DNA of 36,819 nt, from the NCBI GenBank assembly GCA_000436255.1, contig HF990822.1, positions 8,018 through 44,836 of the forward strand, written 5' to 3'. The notes below the pieces were generated by a model. That model was not told the DNA's origin. It saw only the letters and a list, made by a program, of their open reading frames with translations, and did no database searches. The DNA is from Clostridium sp. CAG:1193. GTDB taxonomy: Bacteria; Bacillota_I; Bacilli_A; RF39; UBA660. Positions 1 to 8,998 of this stretch are shown in pieces. The position numbers and the translations under genes are program-made. How positions within the stretch are numbered: the stretch's first letter is position 1; each line of letters begins with the position of its first letter.

Positions 1-2
1 TA

Positions 3-647
3 ATTAATAGGCTTTGTTATTTATATAATTTTGATAATGAAACTATATGTGAAATAATTAAAGATTCACTAAATGAAAAGGGAATGATTAGTGAGGCAGA
101 ACTTAAAAAGAATTGTAAAAATTATTATTCTTTTGAAAATACAAGAATGCCAAAATTAATATATAAATCAAGAAACACAGTAAAGGATGAAAATAAAAAC
201 ATAAAAAATCTAAAAGAGAAGTTAATTGAATGTTTTTCATCAACTACACCATATGATTTTCTAAAAGCAAAATATGGTGGTGCTAAACCTACAAGCAAAG
301 ATGTTGCTTTAATAGAAGGATTACTTGTTGAACAAGAACTTAATCCTGGTGTAGTAAATGTACTTATTGATTATGTTTTAAGAACTAATGATAAAAAATT
401 AAATAAAAATTATGTAGAAGCAATTGCTAGTCAGTGGAAAATGAAAAATATTGATACAGTTGAAAGTGCGATGAGACAAGCTGAAAAAGAATATAAGAAA
501 ATAAATACATATAAAGATAATAAAGACAAAAAAGAAATTAATAATAAAGAAAAACTACCTACATGGTATGGTAAAGATATCAAAAAAAGAGAAATGAGCG
601 ATGATGATATTAAAGAATTAGAAAGCATGTTAAGTGATTTTAGGTGA
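3..647 (+). CDS. dnaB: Replication initiation/membrane attachment protein, Bacillus DnaB/DnaD-domain type (5' end cut by window edge)
   Basis: The frame is open from nt 3 with no stop before the first ATG at 84, so the gene is truncated by the window edge. C-terminal DnaD/DnaB_2-like segment ALIEGLLVEQELNPGVVNVLIDYVLRTNDKKLNKNYVEAIASQWK. Lies directly upstream of dnaI as in Bacillus. Confidence 0.6.
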   Translation: MNRLCYLYNFDNETICEIIKDSLNEKGMISEAELKKNCKNYYSFENTRMPKLIYKSRNTVKDENKNIKNLKEKLIECFSSTTPYDFLKAKYGGAKPTSKDVALIEGLLVEQELNPGVVNVLIDYVLRTNDKKLNKNYVEAIASQWKMKNIDTVESAMRQAEKEYKKINTYKDNKDKKEINNKEKLPTWYGKDIKKREMSDDDIKELESMLSDFR

Positions 648-651
648 TAGT

Positions 652-1563
652 ATGAAAGAGTTAAATAAAATGAATATTATAAATAGTGACGCTTTAGGTA
701 GCTTAAAAAAAGAATATCGTGAGTCTTTAAAAGATACAGAATTTGAATCATTTATAAGAAGTATTCACTTACCACATGAAGTATTAATGAAGTATACATC
801 AAGATTAGAGTCATCATTTAATGAATGCCAAAATTGTAGTATTTGTAAATCATTAGATAATTGTAAAAATGAGATATATGGTTTTTGTTTAAAACCAGTT
901 GTAGATAATAATAAACTTATATTTGAATATGTAAGTTGTAAATATAAAAATAAAATGATTAAAGAAAATAAAAAAGATGAATTTGTATATGCTCTTTTAG
1001 TGCCAAAAGAAATTAAAAATGCAAAAATGAAAGATGTGTATATAGATGATAAGAATAGAAAAGAAGTAATATTATGGATTTCTAAATTTATAAAAGAATA
1101 TGATTCTAAAAAGAAACAAAAAGGTTTGTATTTAAATGGTAGTTTTGGATGTGGTAAGACATATCTTGTAGCAGCATGTTTTAATGAGCTTGCTAAAAAG
1201 AAGGTTAAAAGTGCGATTGTGTACTGGCCAGAATTTTTAAGAAGTTTAAAAGAATCTTTTGATGATGATTTTAAAGAGAAATTTAATTATATTAAAAATA
1301 TTGAGTTATTACTTATTGATGATATAGGTGCTGAAAATGTAACACAATGGGGAAGAGATGAAATTTTAGGTACAATACTTCAATATAGAATGGAAAACAA
1401 TTTAACTACATTTTTTACATCTAATTTAAATTATGATGAATTAGAAAGTGCACTTTCTATATCAAAGGGTAAAGTAGATTCACTTAAAGCAACAAGAATA
1501 ATGGAAAGAATTAAGAATTTAACAATAAGTATTAACTTAATTGGGGAAAACAGAAGGAAATAG
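652..1563 (+). CDS. dnaI: Primosomal helicase loader DnaI
   Basis: Cys-rich N-terminal module CQNCSICKSLDNCKN. AAA+ Walker A GSFGCGKTYL and Walker B LLLIDDIG. ATG 652 follows AGGTGA, while the ORF-track GTG at 634 has no SD. Confidence 0.8.
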   Translation: MKELNKMNIINSDALGSLKKEYRESLKDTEFESFIRSIHLPHEVLMKYTSRLESSFNECQNCSICKSLDNCKNEIYGFCLKPVVDNNKLIFEYVSCKYKNKMIKENKKDEFVYALLVPKEIKNAKMKDVYIDDKNRKEVILWISKFIKEYDSKKKQKGLYLNGSFGCGKTYLVAACFNELAKKKVKSAIVYWPEFLRSLKESFDDDFKEKFNYIKNIELLLIDDIGAENVTQWGRDEILGTILQYRMENNLTTFFTSNLNYDELESALSISKGKVDSLKATRIMERIKNLTISINLIGENRRK

Positions 1564-1579
1564 TTTTGGGGGAATAAGT

Positions 1580-2032
1580 ATGGAAGTAACTAATAATAAG
1601 ACAAGAGAACTAATAGAAATATATGGAAGTAATTGCTGGATGGGTTATACAGTATCTAAACACAATCCATATACATTTCATCATATAAGAAAAGAATCTA
1701 AAGGTGGAAGAAGAGAAATACAAAATGGAGCTCTTTTAACTAGAGTTGCACATGATGATCTTCATAAGATAGAACATGTACAAAGATGCAAATGTTACTA
1801 TAGAGAGCTTAATGAATTATTTAAAGAATTAAATAAGACAAGAAAACCACCTACTATTGAATTTTATAAAGAAGTAAATTCAATACTTAAAAAAGTAAGT
1901 AAAAAAGTTGATTTAAGTCCTTTATATGATCCGGATAGAAAAATAAAAATAGTTGACTTTGATGATTATGAATTTGATGGAACTTTACTTATTCCAAAAA
2001 CAAGAATTAAGTGTATTGACAGAAATACATAA
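1580..2032 (+). CDS. HNH endonuclease-domain protein
   Basis: HNH-like core NCW..YTFHHIRKESKGGRREIQNGALLTRVAHDDLHKIEH. ATG 1580 is preceded by a GGGGGA SD. The ORF-track start at 1541 would overlap dnaI. Confidence 0.55.
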   Translation: MEVTNNKTRELIEIYGSNCWMGYTVSKHNPYTFHHIRKESKGGRREIQNGALLTRVAHDDLHKIEHVQRCKCYYRELNELFKELNKTRKPPTIEFYKEVNSILKKVSKKVDLSPLYDPDRKIKIVDFDDYEFDGTLLIPKTRIKCIDRNT

Positions 2033-2091
2033 AAGTATTATACTTCATACATAAATACATTGATGAAGGACACGATTGTTAAATGATATTA

Positions 2092-2250
2092 ATAGAGAGT
2101 TATCGGTTGGTGTAAGATAATAATTAGTTTAATAGTTACTACCTTTTTAGTAGGATTATAAAAATAATCCCGGGTAAAACCGTTATAAAATTAAGTTAAA
2201 TCTAGGATGGTACCGTCTTTATGACTCCTTATCTTAGATTTTTTATTTTA
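2092..2250 (+). promoter_or_regulatory. T-box leader, probable Thr specificity, controlling the small ORF and thrS
   Basis: AGAGAG-type stem I start at about 2095. ACT-ACC (Thr) codons at 2138-2143 in the likely specifier region. T-box core GGATGGTACCG at 2205-2215. Terminator arms AAATCTAGGA/ATCTTAGATTT followed by a T-run at 2239-2249. Confidence 0.75.
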
Positions 2251-2260
2251 GGAGGGTATG

Positions 2261-2512
2261 ATGGAAAGATTTATTCCTGTATTGGCAGTAGAAGATGGAC
2301 ACATGAGTGAATGGCAACTAGATACACAAAATATGCAACTTAGTGAACTTATTGAACTTAGAAATTCATTTATAGGGGTATATGAAATAAGTGTTAGAGC
2401 ACTAGATAGAAAAATAAATGGCCACTTTAAAGAGCCCAATACTCACAAAAGAGAATGTAAAAAAAGAGAAAAAGAAATCAAAATGAAATTAAAAAGAATA
2501 AGTAAAAAATAA
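2261..2512 (+). CDS. Hypothetical 83-aa protein with Lys-rich C-terminus, no recognisable family
   Basis: AGGAGG at 2250-2255 sits 5 nt before ATG 2261; the ORF-track ATG at 2258 is too close to the SD. The ORF fills the gap between the T-box terminator and the thrS RBS on the same strand. Confidence 0.5.
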   Translation: MERFIPVLAVEDGHMSEWQLDTQNMQLSELIELRNSFIGVYEISVRALDRKINGHFKEPNTHKRECKKREKEIKMKLKRISKK

Positions 2513-2522
2513 GGAGGATTTT

Positions 2523-4277
2523 ATGATAAATATTAAAGAAGATGAAGAATTAAATAAACTTAATCATAGTTGTGCGCATTTACTTGCACATGCAGTAAAA
2601 CATCTATATAGTGATGCAATGTTTTGGGTAGGACCAGTAATAGAAGATGGATTTTATTATGATATTGATTTAAATGGTAGATCACTTACAGAAGAAGATT
2701 TAGAAAAAATAGAAAAAGAAATGAAAAAAATTAGTAAGGATAATAAACTAATTAAAAGAATTGAATTATCTAAAGAAGAAGCTCTTGAAATGTTTAAAAA
2801 TGATAAATATAAATTAGATTTAATTAATAATATGGCAAGTGATGAAGTAATAAGTGCATATACACAGGGCGATTTTACTGATTTATGTCGTGGACCTCAT
2901 ATGAATTCAACTAAAGATATGAAATATTTTAAATTACTTAAGGTAAGTGGAGCATATTATAAGGGAGATTCTAAAAATCAAATGCTTCAAAGAATATATG
3001 GTATTTGTTTTAAAACAGAAGAAGACTTAAATAAATATTTAGAGTACTTAGAAGATGCTAAGAATAGAGATCATAGAAAAATAGGTAAAGAACTTGAAAT
3101 ATTTATGTCAGATGATTTAGTAGGAAAAGGGTTACCAATGTTTTTACCAAATGGATATATTATTTGGCAAGAATTAGAAGATTATATTAAAGGTAAAGAA
3201 AAATCTTTAGGATATAAGCATGTACTTACTCCATGTGTTGGTAATGTTGAATTGTATAAAACATCCGGACACTGGGATCATTATAAAGAAAATATGTTTC
3301 CTGTAATGGAAGTAGATGAAGAGGCATTTGTACTTCGTCCAATGAACTGTCCACATCATATGATGATATATAAAAACAAACTTCATTCATATAAAGATTT
3401 ACCAATAAGAATTGGTGAAATCGCACATGATTTTAGATATGAAGCTAGTGGAGCAGTAAAGGGAATCGAAAGAGGAAGACATTTCTGCCAAAATGATGCC
3501 CATCTATTTGTTATACCTGAACAAATTAAAGATGAATTTAAGAGTGTTGTAGATTTAATATTTGATGTATATAAAGATTTTAATATAACTGATTATAGAT
3601 GTGTACTTTCATTAAGAGATCCTCTTGATAAAGAAAAATATTATCAAGATGATGAAATGTGGAATAAAGCAGAAAATGAACTTAGAGAAGTTTTAAATGA
3701 ACTTGATATAGAATATACAGAAGAAATAGGAGAAGCAGCATTTTATGGACCAAAACTTGATGTTAATGTACGCCCAGCAGTAGGCAATGAATATACATTA
3801 TCAACATGTCAATTAGATTTCTGTTTACCTATGAAATTCGATTTAAAATATATAGATAAAGATGGTACTAAAAAAACACCAGTAGTATTACATAGAGCAA
3901 TACTAGGTTCATTAGATAGATTTATGGCATATATTCTAGAAGAAACTAAAGGAGCCTTACCACTTTGGTTAAGTCCAGTACAAGTAAATGTAATACCAGT
4001 TAATAATGAGTATCACACTACATATGCAACTAAAGTTTATGAAATGTTAAAAGATAATAATATAAGAGTAAATATAGATTTAAAAGATGAAAAACTAAGT
4101 TATAAAATGAGAGAAAGTCAAACAAAGAAAATACCTTATACATTAATATTAGGTGATAAAGAGATGAACAATAATACTATTAGTTATAGACATTTTGGAG
4201 AAACTGATACAACTACACTTAGTATAGAAGATTTTATATTAAAACTACATAACGAGATTAAAAATAAACATGAGTAA
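2523..4277 (+). CDS. thrS: Threonyl-tRNA synthetase, short form lacking the N-terminal TGS domain
   Basis: Starts at the second-additional-domain motif HSCAHLLAHAVKHLY. Class II core FRYEASGAVKGIERGRHFCQNDAHLF. Anticodon-binding C-terminus. SD AAGGAGG precedes the ATG. Length is 584 aa versus about 640 aa for typical ThrS. Confidence 0.95.
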   Translation: MINIKEDEELNKLNHSCAHLLAHAVKHLYSDAMFWVGPVIEDGFYYDIDLNGRSLTEEDLEKIEKEMKKISKDNKLIKRIELSKEEALEMFKNDKYKLDLINNMASDEVISAYTQGDFTDLCRGPHMNSTKDMKYFKLLKVSGAYYKGDSKNQMLQRIYGICFKTEEDLNKYLEYLEDAKNRDHRKIGKELEIFMSDDLVGKGLPMFLPNGYIIWQELEDYIKGKEKSLGYKHVLTPCVGNVELYKTSGHWDHYKENMFPVMEVDEEAFVLRPMNCPHHMMIYKNKLHSYKDLPIRIGEIAHDFRYEASGAVKGIERGRHFCQNDAHLFVIPEQIKDEFKSVVDLIFDVYKDFNITDYRCVLSLRDPLDKEKYYQDDEMWNKAENELREVLNELDIEYTEEIGEAAFYGPKLDVNVRPAVGNEYTLSTCQLDFCLPMKFDLKYIDKDGTKKTPVVLHRAILGSLDRFMAYILEETKGALPLWLSPVQVNVIPVNNEYHTTYATKVYEMLKDNNIRVNIDLKDEKLSYKMRESQTKKIPYTLILGDKEMNNNTISYRHFGETDTTTLSIEDFILKLHNEIKNKHE

Positions 4278-4284
4278 TAAAAAT

Positions 4285-4314
4285 ACTAGACAACAAAGTG
4301 TCTAGTGTTTTTTT
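4285..4314 (+). terminator. Rho-independent terminator after thrS
   Basis: Stem ACTAGACA (4285-4292) / TGTCTAGT (4299-4306), 6-nt loop, then GTTTTTTT. Confidence 0.75.
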
Positions 4315-4375
4315 ATTACTTGATATAAAAATAATATTTTGTTACTATATAAGTATAATAAGGAGTGAATAAAAA

Positions 4376-5098
4376 ATGAATGAAGGAAATAATTTTAATA
4401 ATGGAGTAAATAATAATTTTAATAATGCACCAGTAGGACAAAATGGAATGAATCAAGGCCCAAATAACTTTAATAACAACATGAATCTAAATAATTATAA
4501 TGGTGGTATGCCAAATGGAGGAGTAAATAATAATTTTAATAATGCACCAGTAGGACAAAATGGAATGAATCAAGGCCCAAATAACTTTAATAATATGAAT
4601 CCAAATAATTTTAATAATAGAGCTATGGCACATCCAATGCCAAACAATAATTTTAATAGAAATAATAAAAAGAGTAATGCATTGCTTTTTGTAATAATAG
4701 GTGTAGTAGCATTTGTATTAATAATGACAGGCGTTTATTTTGTATTTGGTAATAAAACTTTAAAATGTACAATAACAGAAAGCCAAGTAGATTTGGTATA
4801 CGTTTCAAAATTTGCATTTAATAATTTTATAGATGCAAAAGTGTCTGCAAGTGTTGATATAAGTGAATTTAAGAATAATAAAGAATTTATGAATAATAAA
4901 GATACTTTTATTGATAGTTTTAAAAAAAATATAACAAGTGAATTTAAAGGGGTAGAAGCAACAGCAAAAGAAGTTGGAGACAAAATTATTGTTGAATATT
5001 CTTTAAATAGAGATTATTTAAAGAAAGAAGGATATAATATAGATTCTTACAAAGACATGAAAGTAGATTTTGAGAATCAAGGTTTTACTTGTAAATAA
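4376..5098 (+). CDS. Single-pass membrane protein with Asn/Gly/Gln-rich N-terminal low-complexity region
   Basis: SD AAGGAG. N-terminus of NNFNN/GMNQGPNNFNN repeats. TM segment ALLFVIIGVVAFVLIMTGVYFVF. About 125-aa C-terminal domain bounded by Cys (LKC...FTCK). Followed by a terminator. Confidence 0.7.
   Translation: MNEGNNFNNGVNNNFNNAPVGQNGMNQGPNNFNNNMNLNNYNGGMPNGGVNNNFNNAPVGQNGMNQGPNNFNNMNPNNFNNRAMAHPMPNNNFNRNNKKSNALLFVIIGVVAFVLIMTGVYFVFGNKTLKCTITESQVDLVYVSKFAFNNFIDAKVSASVDISEFKNNKEFMNNKDTFIDSFKKNITSEFKGVEATAKEVGDKIIVEYSLNRDYLKKEGYNIDSYKDMKVDFENQGFTCK
4403..4593 (+). repeat. 74-bp perfect direct repeat (4403-4476 and 4520-4593) offset by 117 bp, in frame
   Basis: Identical string GGAGTAAATAATAATTTTAATAATGCACCAGTAGGACAAAATGGAATGAATCAAGGCCCAAATAACTTTAATAA read at both positions. 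Encodes GVNNNFNNAPVGQNGMNQGPNNFNN twice. Confidence 0.9.
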
Positions 5099-5104
5099 TT
5101 ATTA

Positions 5105-5129
5105 AAGAGCAATAAAATGCTCTTTTTTT
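5105..5129 (+). terminator. Rho-independent terminator
   Basis: Stem AAGAGCA (5105-5111) / TGCTCTT (5118-5124) followed by a T-run. Confidence 0.7.
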
Positions 5130-5130
5130 C

Positions 5131-5159
5131 TTGTATTTATACATATAATTTGTTATAAT
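5131..5159 (+). promoter_or_regulatory. Candidate sigma-A promoter for rpsB-tsf
   Basis: TTGTAT (5131-5136), 17-nt spacer, TATAAT (5154-5159). A leader of about 90 nt precedes the RBS. Confidence 0.45.
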
Positions 5160-5264
5160 ACTCATGGCTTTTTTAAAACACATGAATATGGATTTAAGTA
5201 TCTAGTGCCTATTAGGTGATGCTTTTTAGAAGTATTCAGAGGAAAAAACGAAGGAGGAATGTTT

Positions 5265-6242
5265 ATGACAGTAGTTTCAATGAGTTATTTATTAGAAGCT
5301 GGAGTTCATTTTGGACATCAAACTAAAAGATGGAATCCAAAGATGAAAGAGTATATCTTCACAGCAAGAGATGATATTTATATTATCGATTTACAAAAAA
5401 CTGTTAAATTAATTGAGGAAGCTTATGCTGAACTTAAGAAAATAGCAGAAAATGGTGGAAAGGTTTTATTCGTTGGTACTAAAAAACAAGCACAAGAAGC
5501 TGCAAAAGAAGAAGCAGAAAGAACTAATATGTTCTATGTTAATGAAAGATGGTTAGGTGGAACTTTAACTAACTTTAGAACAATCAGAAAGAGAATTAAT
5601 CGTCTTGATGAAATTGAAAAAATGGAAAAAGAAGGTGTTTTTGAACAACTTCCTAAAAAAGAAGTAATCAAAATCCGTAAAGAATATGAAAAATTAAATA
5701 AATATTTATGCGGAATTAGAAACATGAAGAAAGTTCCAGAAGCTATAATTATAGTAGATCCAAGAAAAGAAATAAATGCTATAAGAGAAGCTCGTAGATT
5801 ACATATACCAGTATTTGGAATAGTAGATACTAACTGCGATCCAGATGATGTTGATTATGTAATACCTGCTAATGATGATGCAATTCGTGCTGTTAAATTA
5901 GTTATGGGAGTACTTAATAATGCAGTAGCAGAAGTTACTGGTTGTGAGGTTATAGATTATATAACTGAAGATGATAAAACTACTCATGCTAAAAAAGAAG
6001 AAATTGCTAAAGAAGATAAGAAAAAGGTAGAAGAACCTAAAAAGTTTGAAAAGAAAATAAATAAAGAAACTGAGCCTAAAAAAGAAGTTAAAGAAACTGT
6101 TAAAGAAGAAAAAGCCGTTAAAGAAGAAAAAGTTGATTTAACAAAATTAACAGTAGTTGAACTTAAGAATATGGCTAAAGAAAGAAATATCGAAGGATAT
6201 TCTAAAATGAAAAAAGATGAACTTATTTCAAGTTTAAAATAA
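5265..6242 (+). CDS. rpsB: 30S ribosomal protein S2 with about 95-aa Lys/Glu-rich C-terminal extension ending in a Rho_N/SAP-like motif
   Basis: [27 protein letters not shown] matches the S2 N-terminus. AGGAGG at 5252-5257 is 7 nt before ATG 5265. The tail ends ...[36 protein letters not shown]. Confidence 0.95.
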   Translation: MTVVSMSYLLEAGVHFGHQTKRWNPKMKEYIFTARDDIYIIDLQKTVKLIEEAYAELKKIAENGGKVLFVGTKKQAQEAAKEEAERTNMFYVNERWLGGTLTNFRTIRKRINRLDEIEKMEKEGVFEQLPKKEVIKIRKEYEKLNKYLCGIRNMKKVPEAIIIVDPRKEINAIREARRLHIPVFGIVDTNCDPDDVDYVIPANDDAIRAVKLVMGVLNNAVAEVTGCEVIDYITEDDKTTHAKKEEIAKEDKKKVEEPKKFEKKINKETEPKKEVKETVKEEKAVKEEKVDLTKLTVVELKNMAKERNIEGYSKMKKDELISSLK

Positions 6243-6264
6243 AATTAATCAAGGAGGAATGAAA

Positions 6265-7137
6265 ATGATTACTGCAAGTATGGTAAAAGAATTAAGAGAA
6301 TTAACTGGTGCAGGGATGCTAGACTGTAAAAAAGCATTAGAAGAAGCTAATGGAAATATTGAAGAAGCATCAACTTGGTTAAGAGAAAAAGGTATTGCAA
6401 AGGCTGCTAAAAAAGAAAGCAGAATTGCTGCTGAAGGATTAGTTAGTATATTAACTAAGGGTAATAAAGCAGTTATAGTTGAAGTTAATTCAGAAACTGA
6501 CTTTGTTGCTAAGAATGATGAATTCAAGGATTTAATTAATACAATTTTAAATCTATTAATTGAATCAAATGTAAGTTCTGTAGAAGAGGCTTTAGCACTT
6601 ACTACTAGTGATGGTACATTAAGTGATACAATTACTAATAAGATTGCTAAGATTGGTGAAAAGATAAGTTTTAGAAGATTTGAATTAGTTACTAAGAGTG
6701 ATAATGAAGTATTTGGAACTTATATTCACATGGGTGGTAAGATTGGTGTGCTAGTTGTATTAGAAGGAAGCAATGAGGAAGTTGCAAAGGATGTTGCAAT
6801 GCATGCTGCTGCTATGAGACCTAAATACTTAGATATTGAAAGTGTTCCAACTGAAGATTTAGACAAAGAAAGAGAAATTCAAAAACAAGTTGCTATTAAT
6901 GAAGGTAAACCTGATAATATAGCAGAAAAAATGGTTGAAGGAAGAATTAAAAAATATTATAAAGAAGTATGTTTAACTGAACAACCATTTGTTAAGAATG
7001 ATGATATGAGTGTAAGCGAATTTGTTAAATCAAATGGTGGAAAAATCATATCTATGGTAAGATATGAAGTAGGCGAAGGAATGCAAAAAAGAGAAGAAAA
7101 CTTTGCTGAAGAAGTTGCAAAACAAATAAACGGATAA
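6265..7137 (+). CDS. tsf: Elongation factor Ts
   Basis: MITASMVKELRELTGAGMLDCKKALEEANGNIEEA (UBA-like N-terminus). AGGAGG lies 7 nt before ATG 6265. Confidence 0.95.
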   Translation: MITASMVKELRELTGAGMLDCKKALEEANGNIEEASTWLREKGIAKAAKKESRIAAEGLVSILTKGNKAVIVEVNSETDFVAKNDEFKDLINTILNLLIESNVSSVEEALALTTSDGTLSDTITNKIAKIGEKISFRRFELVTKSDNEVFGTYIHMGGKIGVLVVLEGSNEEVAKDVAMHAAAMRPKYLDIESVPTEDLDKEREIQKQVAINEGKPDNIAEKMVEGRIKKYYKEVCLTEQPFVKNDDMSVSEFVKSNGGKIISMVRYEVGEGMQKREENFAEEVAKQING

Positions 7138-7196
7138 TAGGTGACTATTATCTTTTTTCTTTTATCTTGATATGATATAATTATTTTGGTGATTTT

Positions 7197-7646
7197 ATGC
7201 ATTTTAAAAGTATTATAGAAAGTTATAATAAAAAGATTATATTATATGTAGATATGGATGGTGTTATTGCTGATTATGAAGTAGGTAAGCCATTTGATTT
7301 TATTAATAAAAGACCATTAATAGAAAGAATAGAAAAATTAGAAATTATTAGTAATATGCCTAATGTGGAGATGCATATATTATCTTTATGCAAAAAGGAT
7401 AGTGAGGTATACGAAAAAAATGCTTGGTTAGATAAATATGCTCCATACTTTAAACGTGAAAATAGAGTAATAATTTCAAAGGAAAGCAATGTTGGTTCTT
7501 CTAAAGAATTAAAATCTAATTATTTAAAAAATTTAAAGAGTGATGGCGTGATAATTATGATAGATGATGATAATGATATATTATATACACTTATGCATGA
7601 AGCAAAAAATGTAGTAATATTTCAAGATTCAGTATTAGTAGATTAA
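7197..7646 (+). CDS. HAD-superfamily 5'(3')-deoxyribonucleotidase-like (NT5C-type) protein
   Basis: HAD motif I YVDMDGVIADY and motif IV IMIDDDND. Small capless size of 149 aa. Own extended -10 TGATATAAT at 7173-7181. Confidence 0.55.
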   Translation: MHFKSIIESYNKKIILYVDMDGVIADYEVGKPFDFINKRPLIERIEKLEIISNMPNVEMHILSLCKKDSEVYEKNAWLDKYAPYFKRENRVIISKESNVGSSKELKSNYLKNLKSDGVIIMIDDDNDILYTLMHEAKNVVIFQDSVLVD

Positions 7647-7683
7647 CTAATATGATATAATATTTATATAAAAGGAGAAAAAT

Positions 7684-8226
7684 ATGGATGAAATAATTTT
7701 AAAAGTAGAAGAAAAGATGGAAGCATCAATAGAAAATATGAAAACTAGATTTTTAAATGTAAGAGCAGGAAGGGCAAATCCAAGAATATTAGATTCAGTA
7801 ATGGTTAAATATTATGGTGTTGAAACACCTTTAATTCAACTTGCAACAGTATCTGTTCCAGAAGCAAGACAACTTGTAATTAAACCATTTGATAGATCTT
7901 GTATATCTGATATAGAAAGAGGAATTTATGAAGCTAATATAGGCCTTACTCCAAATAATAATGGAGAAGTTATAATATTGGTTATTCCAGAATTAACTCA
8001 AGAAAGAAGAAAAGAATACGTAAAAGAAGTAAAAAATATGGCTGAAGAAGCTAAGATAGCATTAAGAAATATAAGACAAGATGCTAATAATGAGATTAAA
8101 AGATTAGAACTTCCAGTAGATGAAGAGAAATCTTATATGGAAGATGTCCAAGAATTAATTAATGAATATAATAAGAAAGTAGATTCTTTACTAGCAGAAA
8201 AAGAAAAAGAATTAATGACTGTTTAG
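7684..8226 (+). CDS. frr: Ribosome recycling factor
   Basis: FLNVRAGRANPRILDSVMVKYYGVETPLIQLA. SD AAAGGAG. Length 180 aa. Confidence 0.95.
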   Translation: MDEIILKVEEKMEASIENMKTRFLNVRAGRANPRILDSVMVKYYGVETPLIQLATVSVPEARQLVIKPFDRSCISDIERGIYEANIGLTPNNNGEVIILVIPELTQERRKEYVKEVKNMAEEAKIALRNIRQDANNEIKRLELPVDEEKSYMEDVQELINEYNKKVDSLLAEKEKELMTV

Positions 8227-8227
8227 T

Positions 8228-8998
8228 ATGGCTACATTTGATGAGAAATATTTAGCATCTTATAAAGATGCTTTTATGGAAGTAGAAGGTATTGATGAGT
8301 TAGAAAACGTATTACCATCAAATAAATTTCCGGGATATGATGAGTTATTAGTATACTTAGATGCTTTTGTAGTTAATGAAATAAAAGCAGTAAATGATTC
8401 ACTAGAAGAAAGTGTTTCCTCTAGTGATAAAGAGTATTTAAAAAAAGAATTAGATTCTTTAATAATAAAAAGAAGATTTCTAGAAACAAAATTAACTAGT
8501 GAAAAAGAAACAAAAGAAAATCCAACTCATTTAATATTTGCTACTAGTAGTCTTGGTAATATCTTCTTTGAAAGAGATATGAAAAGTGTGCCGGATGAAT
8601 ACGTTCAGTCATTTGGTAGTTTACTAGAAGATCTTTCAAAAGGGCCAAGTAATTTTTCTAGATTTAATGAATCAAAAGATAAAAAGTTTGATACTAATAC
8701 AAAAGGTGTTAGTATATTTGAAAGAAAAGGATTCAAAACAAGAATATATTACTTAAGATTAAACGATAATATTAAAGTAATAATTATGGCTACACTTAAA
8801 AATCAAGATAATCCAAAATTATTAAATGAATCATTAGAAGCAAGATATAAAAATTGCGCCTCTATAGTAGAAGATATAAAAGTGAGTTTAAATGACCCAG
8901 AAAAAAGAGAACAATTATTAAAAGAGCATGATTTAATAAGAGATAGATTAGTATCTACTTATAAGGGGAGTGTTAAAGATGCAAAACGAGAAATTTAA
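8228..8998 (+). CDS. Hypothetical protein: helical N-terminal part plus C-terminal RelE/ParE-Gp49(HigB)-like region
   Basis: The ATG is 1 nt after the frr stop (TAGTATG). The C-terminal pattern ...GVSIFERKGFKTRIYYLRLNDNIKVIIMATLKNQDNPKLL... resembles the 'yElR..g..RIfY....ivlL..f.KK' core of Gp49/HigB-type toxins. This is my pattern recognition only. Confidence 0.4.
   Translation: MATFDEKYLASYKDAFMEVEGIDELENVLPSNKFPGYDELLVYLDAFVVNEIKAVNDSLEESVSSSDKEYLKKELDSLIIKRRFLETKLTSEKETKENPTHLIFATSSLGNIFFERDMKSVPDEYVQSFGSLLEDLSKGPSNFSRFNESKDKKFDTNTKGVSIFERKGFKTRIYYLRLNDNIKVIIMATLKNQDNPKLLNESLEARYKNCASIVEDIKVSLNDPEKREQLLKEHDLIRDRLVSTYKGSVKDAKREI

Noticed and set aside
2261-2512. The 83-aa ORF as a detached TGS domain of ThrS
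   Set aside because: The sequence shows no beta-grasp TGS pattern (no I.V.LPDG...-type start), and the C-terminus is a Lys-rich helix.
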